From assembly GCF_009914755.1 (NCBI RefSeq), contig NC_060934.1: a stretch of DNA of 64,000 bases. The stretch is one strand, 5' to 3'. Shown piece by piece: positions 46,010 through 60,902 of the stretch. The notes beneath the pieces were generated by a model. That model had not been told where the DNA came from and searched no databases. It was given only the letters and a program-made list of their open reading frames with translations. Within the stretch, counting starts at the first letter, position 1, and the number at the start of each line of letters is the position of its first letter. The stretch is from the human T2T-CHM13v2.0 reference genome, Homo sapiens. The position numbers and the translations under genes were made by a program.

Positions 46010-46808
46010 TACCATATTTCATTGCCTCTAAGATGCCATCAGTTGTAAGACACTGTTATTTATTAGCAGTAAGAAAAATTACAGTTAAGATGACAATGCT
46101 TTGTCATGCAATTTCTTATTTTATGCTTATTGAAAAACTTAGTTTTTTAAAAAAAATTAGATACAACTTTTAGACATTTAAATTGTCTCAGGAGTTCTAT
46201 TCCAAGCCGCTGACACATGTTATGCATGGTTTTTGTTTTTGAAACAGGGTCTTCTTGCTCTGTTGCCCAGGCTGGAGTGCAGTGGTGCAATCATAGCTCA
46301 CTGTAACTTTGAATTCCTGGGTTCAGGTGATCCTCCTGCCTCAGCCTCCTGAGTAACTAGGACTACAGGCATGCACCACCATGCACAGCTAATTTTTTTT
46401 TTTTCTTTTAAGAGATATAGTCTTGGTATGTTGCCCAGGCTGGTATCTACCTTCTGGGCTCAAGTGATCCTCCCTCCTCAAAGCACTGGCATTACAGGTG
46501 TGAGCCATCATGCCCAGCCATTTTGTAGTTTTTGGTCCTGGAACTTTCTTGATCTTAGTGTCAGTGGAATGTCTGAGCAACATGACTTTTATTTCTTCCT
46601 AAAATGAACCTTAAGTGGTTTGTTGTCAAAGGGTTTTAGGTAACCAGTTATGCCATGAAGAATAAAACCGAGTTCTTGCTCACACAAACAATGACAACTG
46701 TGTTACAACTGCTGCTTTGCTGTCAGAGATTCCACTGCAGGTAGATGCATCTTGGTTTCATCCATGTTAAATATGGGGAGGAAAGGTTTTAATATTGATG
46801 AAACATAC
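46010..46808. mobile_element. Kanga1/MER104-like TcMar element split by an antisense AluJ (46230-46519)
   Basis: Ends CCATATTTCATTG..TCTAAGATGCCATC.GTTGTAAGAC and GATGCATC...TTGATGAAAC resemble MER104 termini. Confidence 0.55.
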
Positions 46809-46809
46809 T

Positions 46810-46955
46810 ATTTTATTTATTTTTCATTTTTGTTTGTTTTTTGAGACAAGATCTCTATGTTGCTGAGGCCAGTCTTGAACTCCTGGGCTCCGGTGATACT
46901 CTTGCCTCAGTCTCCTGAGTAGCTGGGATTGCAGACATGTACCACTGTGCCTGGC
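46810..46955 (-). mobile_element. FLAM-like monomer
   Basis: Single-arm homology with T-rich tail. Confidence 0.8.
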
Positions 46956-46969
46956 TGTAGAAGTGTGTT

Positions 46970-49015
46970 GATTTTAACAGCCTTATAAAATGCAGTTACA
47001 AACCATACAATTCACCCATTTAAAATGTAACCCATTTCAATGGTTTTTAGTATAATCACAGTTGTACAGCCTTTACCACAATCAAGTTTAGAACATTTTC
47101 ATCACCCCAGAAGGAAACCCCATACCCATTAGCAGTCATTTCTCATTTCCCCACAATCCTTCCAGCCCTAGGCAACCAGTAAGCTACTTTTCGTTTCTGT
47201 GGATTTACCTACTGTGGACATTTCTGTAATGGAATCATACATTGTGTGGTGTTAGGTCGGTGTTTTGGTTATTGATGTGAGATCTTTTAAAATATAGGTA
47301 TTTACAACTATAAATTTCCATCTGAGCACCACTTTAGCTGCATCCCGTAAGTTTTGTTATATTGTGTCTTCATTTTCATTCATCTCAAAATCGTTTTCTA
47401 TTTTTCCTTTGTGGTTTTTTTTCTTTCTTACATTGGTTATTGGTAGTGTGTTGTTTAATTTCCACATATTTATGAATTTACCAAATTTACTTCTGTCACT
47501 GATTTCTAATTTTATTTCATTGTGATCAGAGAGCATACTTTATTATTTCAATCCTTTTAAATTTATTGAGGCTTGCTTTATGGCCTAGCATGTGATGTCT
47601 TATATTTTTATACCTCTCTTTTCCCTCACTGCTTTCTTTTGCATTATGTGAATATTTTCTAATGTAACATTTAAATTCCTCTAATGATTTTTTTCCACTA
47701 TTTTTAAAGATTGTTTTCTTACTGGGCTCTAGGGTTTATCATATACATCTTAATTTACCAAAATCCACTTCAGATTTGTACTAACTCAATTCATGTGAAA
47801 TATCAAAAAGTTGCTCCAATTTGTCTCTATTTCCTCTTTCTTTTTTGTGCTATTACATTTTCTCAGTGCTATTATTATTAAATATTATAGGTATATATGT
47901 TACAAACCTAACAATGTTATAAATGGTACTTTGCATAATTTTACACCTTTTAAAGACACCAAGAGAAATATGGAGAGCAAGGATTTTTTATAGAGTTTAA
48001 TATTCACCTTCTTATTTACCATTTCTGGTTGTCTTCATTTGTTTCTGTGCTTTCAAGTTACCTTTTGGTATTGTTTCCTTACTTCAATTCATGTTTGCCT
48101 CTACTTACTTTCTTTGTTCTGATAGCGTCAAATATATTACATTCCTAAATGTTATAGACCCAGTAGTACAATTATATATATATTATCCTATATAATTGCT
48201 TTTTAAATAGTTAATATAGAAATATGCATTTGTACTGTCTTTTATAACTATAATTGCCTTTACTGGAACTCTTCGTTTTTTTTCCTTTGTATTTGAATTA
48301 CTTTTCGGGGTCATGTGTTTTCAGCCTGAATAGCTTTCTTTACTATTTCTTGTAATGCAGATCTGCTAGCAAGAAATTCTTTCAGTTTTTATCTTGGGAT
48401 GTCTTATCTGCCTTCATGGTTTTTAAAAAATTATTATTATACTTTAAGTTCTGGGATACATGTGCAGAACATGCAGGTTTGTTACATAGGTATACATGTG
48501 CCATGATGGTTTGCTGCACCCATCAACCCGTCATTTTACATTAAGTATTTCTCCTAATGCTATCCCTCCCCTAGCCCCCTAATCCCTGACAGGCCCCAAT
48601 GTGTGATGTTCCCCTCCCTGTGTCCATATTGTTCAACTCCCACTTATGAGTGAGAACATGTGGTGTTTGGTTTTCTATTCCTGTGTTAGTTTGCTAAGAA
48701 TGATGGTTTCCAGCTCTATCCATGTCCCTGTAAAGGACACAAACTCATCCTTTTTTATGGCTGCATAGTATTCCATGGTGTATATGTGCACATTTTCTTC
48801 AACCAGTCCATCATTGATGGGCATTTGGGTTCACTCCAAGTCTGTGTTATTGTGAATAGTGCTGAAATAAACATAGATGTACATGTGTCTTTATAGTAGA
48901 CTGATTTATAATCTGCCTTCATTTTTAAAGTCCACTTTGCTGAATATAAGATTTTTGGTGGACACCTTTTTTGTTGTTTCAACACTTAGAATGTCATCCC
49001 AGTGCCTTGGAAGCT
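46970..49015 (-). mobile_element. Fragmented old L1 (L1MB 3' end plus internal pieces)
   Basis: CCATACAATTCACCCATTTAAA...; CTATAAATTTCC.TCTGAGCAC; TCTGCTAGCAAGAAATTCT.TCAG. Confidence 0.78.
48418..48910 (-). mobile_element. L1PA (mid-age) 5'-truncated 3' end nested in older L1
   Basis: TATACTTTAAGTTCTGGGATACATGTGCAGAAC...; TSD ATCTGCCTTCAT (48406-48417, 48911-48922). Confidence 0.93.
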
Positions 49016-49017
49016 TC

Positions 49018-49222
49018 ATTTTTTATTTTTATGTTTTAAAATTTCACTTTAAGTTCTGGGATATGAGTGCAGAATGTGCAGGTTTGTTACATAAGCATAC
49101 GTGTGCCATGGTGGTTTGCTGCACCTATCTACCTATCGTCTAGGTTTTAAGCCTTGCATGCATTAGCTATTTGTCCTAATGCTCTCCCTCCCCTTGCCCT
49201 CCTCCCCACTACTGGCCCCAGT
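49018..49222 (-). mobile_element. Second L1PA 3' fragment
   Basis: ACTTTAAGTTCTGGGATA...CCATGGTGGTTTGCTGCACC. Confidence 0.88.
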
Positions 49223-49788
49223 AGGGCCACAGAGAAGTGAAAAATTTTAAGCAGACAGTAGGAGAATCAGACTTCCACATCTTCATTGCCCCACCACCCC
49301 ATTCTACCCAGGACAAATAGTTTGTAAAATCTCCTTCCAACTCATGGCTTCTACACTGGAAACAGTGAGGCTGAGGTAGTCAGCGAACTTCCCCACCATC
49401 TTGGGTTCCCTGTCGGGAGACTTGTCCTTGCCTTAACCTGTGGGAAGCACAGTGACTGCCTGAAGGGAGAAAATGCCTGAGGACAGGCAGAGACAAAGTG
49501 GGGAGGTGGGACTACCATCCTCAGCCCTGAAAACTGCTCTGTTACTCAGTCAAAGGAAATGCCAAATCATAGTGGCTGTTCAGCAGCACCATGCTGTAGG
49601 AGGTATGTTCCATAAGTCCCATGGGCACAAACTCCTAGCCAGCCTTGACACACTGCTGGGATAATCCCTTTGGGACCTCCCCTATTCAGATTAGGCAGTG
49701 GTTTGATCATTTCCTAGAGCTGAAAAGGAGGCAGTGACTTAGCAATATTGATTCACTAAGCAGATACATCTAATAAAAATCAAAACAA

Positions 49789-50169
<381 letters not shown>

Positions 50170-50265
50170 TCATGACCTTCCCAAAAGGACAAAGCAAAAA
50201 TCCAGTGACTGACCCTAACAAGATGGCAGTTTGTGAGCTTTCTGATTAAGAATTCAAAATAGCAG

Positions 50266-50773
<508 letters not shown>

Positions 50774-53142
50774 TAGTGAACTTGAAGATGGGCTATTTGA
50801 AAATATACAGTCAGTGCAGAACAAAGAATGAAAAGGAACAAAGACTGTATATAAGATATAGAAAATTACCTCAAAAGGCAAAATTTAAGACTTACTGGTG
50901 TTCAAGAGGGAGCTGAGCAAGAGGAAAGATAGAAAGCTTATTCATAGAAATAATAACAGGTAATTTTTTAAAACTTGAAAAAGATAGAAATATCCAGGCA
51001 CAGGAAAGTCTGTGCCAAACAGATTAAACCCAGATGAAACTACCTCAAGGCATATAATAAACTCTCAAAAGTTAAGAACAGAAAGAGGATCCTAAAAGCA
51101 GCAAAGAAAAGAAGCAGATAACATATAAAGGAACTCCAATTGGTCTGGCAACAGACTTCTCAGTGGAAACCATATAGGCCAAGAGGGAGTATAATGACAT
51201 TTTCAGAATTCTCAAGGAAAAAACTGCCACCCAAGAATATTTTGCAAAATTGTCTTTCAGAAATTAAGTTGCAACAAAGCATTTCCCAGACAAACAAAAG
51301 CTGAGAGAATTCACCACCACCAGACCCATCTTACAAGAAATGCTAAAGGGAATTCTTCAATCTGAAAGAAAACATAAACCAACAAACCACTAACGTGCTA
51401 AAGGAAAACTTTTCAACATATAACATAAACTTTTCAACATATAAAATCCACTGGTAAAATTAAGTACACAGGCAAATACAGAATACTCTTACTGCAATTG
51501 TGGTGTGCAGTACACTTATAACTCTAATATGAAGCCCAAAATCACATCTATCAAAAACAATAATAGCTACAGCAACCTGTTAAGAGATAGGTAATGTAGG
51601 TAATATTAAAAATGTAAATTGAGTCAAAATGTGGAGGAGATGGAGTTAAAGCATAGAATTCTTTTTTTGTTTTACCTTTGTTTGTGTATTTTTGATCTAA
51701 GTTCTCATCTCTTTAAAATAGCTTCTTATGTCTGTAAGATGTTTTTTGTAAGCCTCATGGTAACCAGAGTACAAAAACCTATAATAGACTCACTAAAAAC
51801 ACAACAAATTAAAAACAGATTACTAGGGAAAGTCACTTAACCACAAAGGAAGACAGGAAGAAAAGTGGTTCAAAACAATCAGAAAATAAGCCACAAAATG
51901 GCAGTCGTGAGTCCTTACTTATTAATAATAACACTGAAGGTAGTATTGTCAGTTCTCCAATTAAAAGGCATAGAGTGGCTCCATGGATAAAGAAACAAAA
52001 CCCAACTATATGCTGCCTTCAAGAAACCCACCTCACTAATAAAGTCACACATAAGCTGAAAGTGAAGGGTGGAATAAGACATTCCATGCAACTGGAAACC
52101 AAAAAAGAGTAGGAGTAGCTATACTTATATTGAATAATATAGACTACCAATCTAAGACTGTAAAAAGAAACAAAGAAGGGCACCATATAAGATAAATAGA
52201 TCAATTCAGCAAGAAGATATACCAATTATATTATAAATGTCTATGTACCCAATACTGGAGCACTTAAGTGTGTAAAGCCAATGTTAGTAGATCTAAAGGG
52301 AAATACAGACTACAATACAACTATAGTAGGGCACTTTAACACCACAGTCTCAGTAATGGGCAGATCATCCAGACAGAAAAATCAAGAAACATCTGAGTTA
52401 AACTACACACTAGATCTAATAGACTTGATATTTACAGAACATTTCACCCAAATGCTGCAGAATACACATTCTTTTCATTAGCACATCAAACGTTTTCTAG
52501 AATAGAGTCTCCCTTAGGCCACAAAACAAGTCTGAAGAAATTTTTAAAAAACAGAAATAATATCAAGTATCTTTTCTGACCACACGGAATAAAACTAGAA
52601 ATCAATAACAGAAGGACCCTGGAAAATACACAAACACATGGAAATTAAACAACATGCTCCTGAATGACCAATGGGCCAATGAAAAAATTAGGAAAATTAA
52701 AAAGTTTCCTGAAACAAATGAAAATGGAAAATATAACATACCAAAATCTATGGGATACTGTAAAAGCCTTACTAAGAGGGAAGTTTATGATGATAAACAC
52801 TTCTATCAAAAAAGAAAATTAGAATTTAAGTAAACAACGCACCTCAAAGAACTAGAAATGGAAGACCAAACCAAACCCAAAATTAGTAGTAGGAAAGAAA
52901 TAAAGATCAAAGTAGAAATAAATGAAATCGAAACCAAAAAAACTCCACAGAAGAACAATGAAACAAGAAGTTGTTCTTTTAAAAAGATAACCAATATCAA
53001 CAAATCTTTAGCTAGTCTACAAAGGAGAGAAGACCCAAATAAAATAAAAAATGAAAAAGGAGGAATAACTGAAACCTCAGACATACAAAGAATGGTTAGA
53101 GACTATTTTGAAGAACTATACACCACCAAAATGGGAAATCTA

Positions 53143-53555
<413 letters not shown>

Positions 53556-56254
53556 AAAATTGAAGAGGAGATAATACTTTCAACCTTATTCTATGAGGCC
53601 AGGATTACCCTGATACCAAAACAGATAAGGACCCAAGAAAAGAAGAAAAGTACAGGCCAGTATTATTGGCGAACATAGATGCAGAAATCCTCAACAAAAT
53701 ACCAGGAAACCAAATTCAACAACACATTAAAAAGATCATTCACCATGATCAAGTGAAATTCATTCCAGTGATATAAGAGAATGATTCAACACATGCAAAT
53801 CAATAAACATGATATATCACATTAACAGAGTTAACAAAAACCACATCATTGTTTCAACAGATGCTGAAAAATCATTTGATAAAATTCAGCACCCCTTTAT
53901 GATAAAAGCCCTCATCAAAATGGGTATAGAAGGAGCATACCTCAAAATAATAAAGGCCATAAATGACAAACTCATAGCTAACATCATATTGTATGGGGAG
54001 AAATTGACAGCCTTTTCTCTTAGGAGTGGAAGAAGATAAGAATGGCTACTTTTACCACTGTTATTCAGCATAATACTAGAAGTCCTGGCCAGAGCAATTA
54101 AGCAAGATAAAGAAATAAAGGGCATCCAAATTGGAAAGAAAGAAGTCAAATTAGCCTTGTTCACAGATGACATGATCTCATACCTAGAGAAACCTAAAGA
54201 CTCCACAAAAAATTGTTAACACTGATAAATGAGTTTAGTACAATTGCAGGATACAAAATCAACATACAAAATCAGTAGCATTTATATATGTTAACAGCAA
54301 ACAATCTGAAAAAGAAATCAAGAAAGCAATCCCACTTATAATAGCTATGAAATACCTAGGAGTTAATCTAACTGAATAAGTAAAAGATCAAGGAAAACTA
54401 TAAAACTCTGATGAAAGAAACTGAAGAAGATGCAAAAAAGCAGAAAGATATTCCATGCTAATGAATTGGAAGAATTAATATTTTTCAAATGACAGTACTA
54501 CTTGATGTAATTTACAGATTCAGTGCAATCCCTATCAAAATACCAATGATATCCTTCACAGAAATAGGGAAAAAAATTCTAAAATTCATATGGAATTACA
54601 AAAGACCTTGGATGGTCAAAGCAATCCTGAGCAAAAAGAGCAAAGCTGGAGACACTACCTGACATCAAAATTTACTCTAAAGCTACAGTAAGCGAAATAG
54701 CGTGATACTGGCTTAAAAGCAGACACATAGACCAATGGAACAGAGTTGAGAATCCAGATATCAGTCCATGCATTTACAGCCAGCTGATCTTTGACAAAGG
54801 AACCAGAACATACAATGGGGAAAGGACAGTCTTTCCAATAAATGGTACTGTGAAAACTAGATAACCATATGCAGAAGAACGAAACTAGACCCCTAACTCT
54901 CTCCATTCACAAAATTCACATCAAAATGTATTAAAGCTTTAAATCTAAGACCTGGAACTGTGAAACTACCAGAATAAAATCTTGGGGAAACCCTCCAGGG
55001 CACTGGTCTAGGCAAAGATTTTTTGGGTTAGACCTCAAAAGCACAGGCAACCAAAAGCAAAAATAGGTATGGAATTACATCAAGTTAAAAAGCTTCTGCA
55101 CAGCAAAGGAAACAGTCAACCTAGTAAGGAGACAACATAGAGAATGGGAGAAAATACGTGCATCTGACAAGGGATTAGTAACCAGAATATATAAGAGCTC
55201 AAACAACCCAATAGCAGAATAACAAATAATCTATACAGTGGGCAAAAGATTCAAACACATTTCTTGAAAGAAGACATACAAATGGCCAAATAGGTGTGTG
55301 AAAAATGCTCAGCATCACTAATAGAGAAATGCAAATCAAAACCACAATGAGATATCATTTCATCCCAGTTAAAATGTTTTGTATTAAAAATGACAGTAAC
55401 AAATATTGATGAGTATGTCTAGAAAAGGGAACCCTCGTAAACTGTTCTTGGGAATGTAAATTACTACAGCCACTATGGAGAACAATATGGAGTTTCCTCA
55501 AAAAACTAAAAATAGAGCTGCCATATGATCCAGCAATTTCACTACTGGGTATATAGCCAAAAGAAAGATAATCAATATTTTTAAGGGTTATCTGCACTCC
55601 TATGTTTAATGCAGCAATATTCATAATAACCAAGATATGGAATCAACCTAAGTGCCCATCAATGGATGAAAGGATAAAGAAAATGTGGTATATATACACA
55701 ATGGGATATTACTCAGCCTTAAAAAGGAATGAAATCCTGTCATTTGCAGCAACATGGATGGAACTGGAGCCCATAATGTTAAGTGAAATAAACCAAGCCC
55801 GGATAGAAATATCACATCTTCTCATTCATATGTGGGAGCTTAAAAAGTGGATCTCATGAAGATAGAGTGTAGAATGGTAGTTACAGAGGCTGGGAATGGT
55901 TGGAGCCGGGGGGTGGGGTTTGGGAGGCATGGGTAGAGGACAAAAGAATATAAAGTGGTAGCACAATCATGTTGATAACTTAATTGATTCATGCTAGCAA
56001 GAACACTGTCCTTGTTTTGTAATAAACCAATATTCATAATTAAAATGTCCCACAGGCATTAAAAAATATCATGCATGGAAATAATGAAAACGATTGAATA
56101 TTTGACTAACTGGTCAAACTAGATTTTGACTGTTAATATAAAAAATCACTATCCTTACCAAGTGCACATTGAAATAATGTACTAAGCAACAAAGGATTTT
56201 TCAGTATATGATAAATACTGGAAAACCGAAAAAAAAAATTTCAGTGGGGAAAAA

Positions 56255-57815
56255 AAACTTACTGCAAAGCAACAGTAATGAAAACAGTGTGGAGCCTGCA
56301 TAAGGATGGACTATGGAATAGAATCGAGAATTCAGAAGTATATTTTCTTTTTCTTTTTTTTTGGAGATGGAGTCTCACTCTGTTGCTGGGTTGGAGTGCT
56401 GTGGCACGATCTTGGCTCCCTGCAACCTCCGCCTCCTGGGTTCAAGTGATTCCTCTGCCTCAGCCTCCCGAGTAGCTGGGACTACAGGCACGTGCCACCA
56501 TGCCCAGCTAATTTTTGTATTTATAGTAGAGACAGGGTTTCACCATATTGGCCAGGATGGTCTCAATCTCTTGACTTCGTGATCCCCCCACCTCGGCTTC
56601 CCAAAGTGCTGGGATTACAGGCGTGAGCCACTGCGCCTGGCCTCAGAAGTATATTTTCACAGCACTTTGGGAAGGGCCTAAATGTAGGAGTTACGACAAT
56701 AAAACTCTGAAGACAACAGGTGTAAACCTTCATGGTCTTGGTCTTGGACTAGTCAAATGATCTTTTAGGTATAACACTAGAGGCACAAGTGACAAAAGAG
56801 AAAATAGACTTCATCAAAATTGAAAACTTCTGTGGTGCAAAATGATACCATTAAGGAAGTAAAAAAACAACCCACTAAATGGGAGAAGATATTTGCAGAT
56901 CATTTATTTGTTAGAGGACTTGCATCCAGAATTTTTTTTAAAAAACCTCTCACAACCCAATAATACAAGGAACAAAAATCCCAATAAAAACGGGATGATT
57001 TGAAATGACATTTCTATAAGGAGATGTATAAATGGCCAGTTAGCACATGAAGATGCTCAACATCATTAGTCATTATAGAAATGCAAATGAAAACCACAAT
57101 GAAATACCACTTTATACACACTGCATGGCTATAATAATGCGACAGAAAATCACAAGTGTTAGTGAGGGTATGGGGAAATTGGAACCCTCATTCATTGCTG
57201 TTGGGATTGTAAAATGGTACAGCTACTTAGGAAAATAGTTTGTCTGCCTCTCAAAATGTTGAACATGTATTTCCCATAGAACCTAGCAATTCTACTTGTA
57301 AATATGTATATACCCAATAGAAATAAAAGCACATATCTACACAAAAACATGTACATATGTTCATAGCAGCATTAGTCACAATAGCCAAAAAGTGAAATAA
57401 CCCTAATATCTGTCATCTGATGAATGGATAAACAGAAGGTGGTATATCCATACGATGGAATATTATTCAGCCTAGAAAGGAATGAAATACCGACACATGC
57501 TATAACCCAGATGAACCTTGAAAATATGGTAAATGATAAGAAGCCAGTCACAAAAGACCACATAATTTGTTTGAAATGTCCAGAATAGGCAAATCCATAG
57601 AGAAAAAGTAGATTAGTGGTTGCCAGGGCCTGGGTAGAGGATAATGGGGAGTGACTACTAGTGGGTATGAGGTTTCTTTTTAGGGTGGTGATATACTGGA
57701 ATTAGATAGTGGTGATGGTTACATAACTGTATACCAAAAACCACTTAATTGTACATTTTAAAAGGGTGAATTTTATGGTATATAAATTATATCTCAAAAG
57801 GATTTTTTAAAAAAT
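56255..57815 (+). mobile_element. L1MB/MC-type ORF2 end and 3'UTR
   Basis: GAAATGCAAATGAAAACCACAATGA...GTGAATTTTATGGTATATAAATTATATCTCAA. Confidence 0.88.
56348..56642 (-). mobile_element. AluSc
   Basis: CCAGGATGGTCTCAATCTCTTGAC; perfect TSD TCAGAAGTATATTTTC. Confidence 0.95.
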
Positions 57816-57884
57816 AGCTGTGGAAGGACAAAATGGAAAATTAAGTCTGCCAGTTATTTTAATGTTCTGAAGTATTCTTTGGCT

Positions 57885-57886
<2 letters not shown>

Positions 57887-57936
<50 letters not shown>
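57887..57936. repeat. (GT)25 microsatellite
   Basis: Read directly. Confidence 0.98.
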
Positions 57937-57937
<1 letters not shown>

Positions 57938-58420
57938 GGGTGAATTTGGAAGAGAGGAAGAGAGATAACTGTTGTCATCATTTGTTAAAACAAATTTGCC
58001 ATAATCTCTTACCATAGCAGGAACACCAGGGCTACTTGATTTAGATGAAGTCACTCAGAGCTTCTCTCCTGCTGCCCTCTCCTAACCTTCCCATCATCTG
58101 GAAAGATCTAGCAAGGAAAGACTTGGAAGAGTGATGTCTGGATCTTACCATGTCATTGCATCTCTGGTTTTCTCCAATGTTAATATCTTCCTTACACTCA
58201 CAGGCTTATTTGTGATAGTTAAATGAAGTTTTAGATGGGAAAGGACTCTTAAAGAATTAAAATCATTCTGCAAACGTAACACAAATATAATGAAACACTG
58301 AATGGTGTTTTAATTTGGTGACATTGTGATACCCGTTTAGTTGGTCTGACTGACATATAGAGAATTTGATTAATATTTTATTCATTTATTTGGGGGTATT
58401 TGCCTTCTTAATGGAATTTT

Positions 58421-58475
58421 AAGAATTGGAACACTCAAAAAATAAAAAAAATTTTTTTTAAAGAATTGGAACACT
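58421..58475 (+). mobile_element. Tail-only retro-insertion between 15-bp direct repeats
   Basis: AAGAATTGGAACACT x2 around a 25-nt A/T insert at a TTTT/AA site. Confidence 0.7.
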
Positions 58476-59754
58476 GTAGTGGGCAGAAAGAGGATGGAAC
58501 TATGGAGGAAATTTAGGTAGGAAAATATTTGATATAGAATCTGGTGTGTTGTTACTGGTAATCAGGATAATTCTGGTGAATTGAATTTGTCGGGCAGAGT
58601 TTGGAGATAAGAAATTATTGAGGCTGAGGCTACTTGGAGCCAATAGGACATCTTTGTTTAGATGTATAAGCTAATCATCATACTCTTAGCCTGGGCTGCA
58701 TGCTTTCAGAATTTTTCCCCATGGCTTAACTTTGCCTCTGACACTTTGCTTTCTGCTACAGCCTACTCAGTATCTTAGATTTATTATTTTTAAATGAATC
58801 ATTGTAGAGTTAAAGTCATCTCTTAAGTCCTAGTCAGGTTATAGGTGGTAAAGATTCCACAAAACCAGAAATACACAGAGCATACAGTATTTGAAGTATC
58901 ATTCATTTATTCCATGTTTGGTTAAAACAAGCCTTTCGGAGTTTGAGTATTTATGGTTGTTTTCAGAAATAGATGGTCATGTGCATCTGCAAAACTTAAG
59001 CAGATGTTTTGTTTTCCTGAGAATCAGTTGAGGCTTAAATATGAGAGCTTAGCCTGAGCTAATTCCTAGGTGAAGAATGAGAGTGACAGGTTACTTAGTT
59101 CCCAAATAATACTTCAGAAAAATAGGAACCTACTTTTATGTCATTTCTTTTTTTTTCTTCTTCCTTTGGTTGCTGCAGTATGTTTAAGGTCTTTGCGACT
59201 TGGCCAAAGGAATAATGATCTTGGAATCCATTTTAGTGACAGGATCTCTCTGGAAGATCCAAATAGTCAATTCTGACAAAACAAGGACACTGTGCTTTGT
59301 GGCCATGAATAGGCTGCAAAAAGGGGAAACTCCTTTTCATCTTCATCAGATGTTTGGGGTCACTTTCATGAAAGAAACCAATGAATGCTACCAGGACACT
59401 GCAGACTCCTCCCCACAGTCCCCAGATCATGAGTCTCTATACTCTGCCCCAGAGCTCTCCTTCACCATTGCTGATTCCACAAAAAATACCATGACACACA
59501 TTCAGATGAGAGGAACACAGCAATTGGCAGTACAAAAGATTGTGCCATATTCCTCCTTAGCCTGCCCCAATACTCCTTTGTGGAGTGCTTATAGAGTTAG
59601 AGCGATACTTAAGCTTGTCCATTTCTACTTGTAGAGTGCCCGGTACCTTCATACCCTCATGCTATGTGTACTTCTTCACCCTGTGCTTTTTCAAATACTC
59701 TTTTATTCTTTTCCGTTTTTCTAACTCGTACATAATCCTTAAAATCGTGTATCT

Positions 59755-60052
59755 GTTTTGTTGTTGTTTTTGGAGATGGAGTTTTGCTCTTGTCACCTGG
59801 GCTGGGGTGCAGTGGTGCAGTCTCGGCTCACTGCAACCTCTGCCTCCTGGGTTCAAGCGATTCTCATGCCTCCAGCCTCCTGAGTAGCTGGGATTACAGG
59901 CACCTGCCACCATACCCAGCTAATTTTTGTATTTTCAGTAGAGGCGGGGTTTCGCCATGTTGGCCAATCTAGTCTCAAACTCCTGACCTCAGGCTACCCG
60001 CCTTGGCCTCCCAAAGTGTTGGGATTACAGGCATGAGCTACCACGCCCGGCC
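59755..60052 (-). mobile_element. AluSq/Sx
   Basis: Full dimer; CATAATCCTTAAAA on both flanks. Confidence 0.94.
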
Positions 60053-60804
60053 CATAATCCTTAAAAATCAAACTGAATTTCTGCCTCTTCTGTGGAACTC
60101 ATTTTAACTTTTGTTTGCTTATTTAACTTTACAGGGATGTGTGTCTAGTTCCTCTCACTAGTTTCTTGCATATAGGGCTTATGTATTATTCGTATCTTGT
60201 CCAGCAAAGCCAGTAGCTTCAGAAGTTATTTTGATTCTAGTGCAGCTGTGTTACTGTGAGCCAACATCCTGCAGAAGGAGTTTAGAAATATTTGTGACTG
60301 GTTATGTCTTTCACTGAACCTAAGGCAAACCTGAGCAATTTGCAGAATCAGTTGAGGCTTAAATATGAGAGCTTATATTTAAGCTTCCTATAGGAAAATG
60401 CGAAGGGAGTTTCTGGCCATGGAAAAAGGAAATAACTCAGTTTGTTTGAAGTATTTGTGGAATGCACTTTAAGCATAATCAATATTCACCCTAAGTACTT
60501 CATTGAATAGTTTGAATGAAACCACCGCATTGTGTGTGCTCCACCTTGGTAGAGAATGTCAATGTGTAGACTTTTCAAATTAGATTTTATCATCTGGCAT
60601 AGGCATACCACCTAGTTACATTATATGTAGAGCCTCCAGATACTTTAAAATAGATTATGTTTTACATTCCTTCCTATCCTTTCAGAACCATCACCTTCAT
60701 GTCCAAAACAGTGTGATGCTATTCATTTTAGAATATTATTGAGGACATCACACTGGTGGCTCTTTGAAGGGATGTGTTTTGGACTCAGGTGTGGAACTGC
60801 CACA

Positions 60805-60902
60805 TGCCACTTATTCAACTCTTTGGCATCTAGGAGGCTTTGCATATGCCATGTGCCACTTATTCAACTCTTTGGCATCTAGGAGGCTTTGCATATGCCA
60901 TG
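60805..60902. repeat. Perfect 49-bp tandem duplication
   Basis: TGCCACTTATTCAACTCTTTGGCATCTAGGAGGCTTTGCATATGCCATG x2. Confidence 0.97.

Noticed and set aside
51406-51444. Duplicated AAACTTTTCAACATATAA in the L1 spacer
   Set aside because: Real, but a small routine slippage event in dead L1.
57887-57936. (GT)25 as a special element
   Set aside because: Ordinary dinucleotide microsatellite.
59200-59634. Longest ORF (144 aa)
   Set aside because: TTG start, no recognisable domain, no supporting splice structure. Length is compatible with chance.
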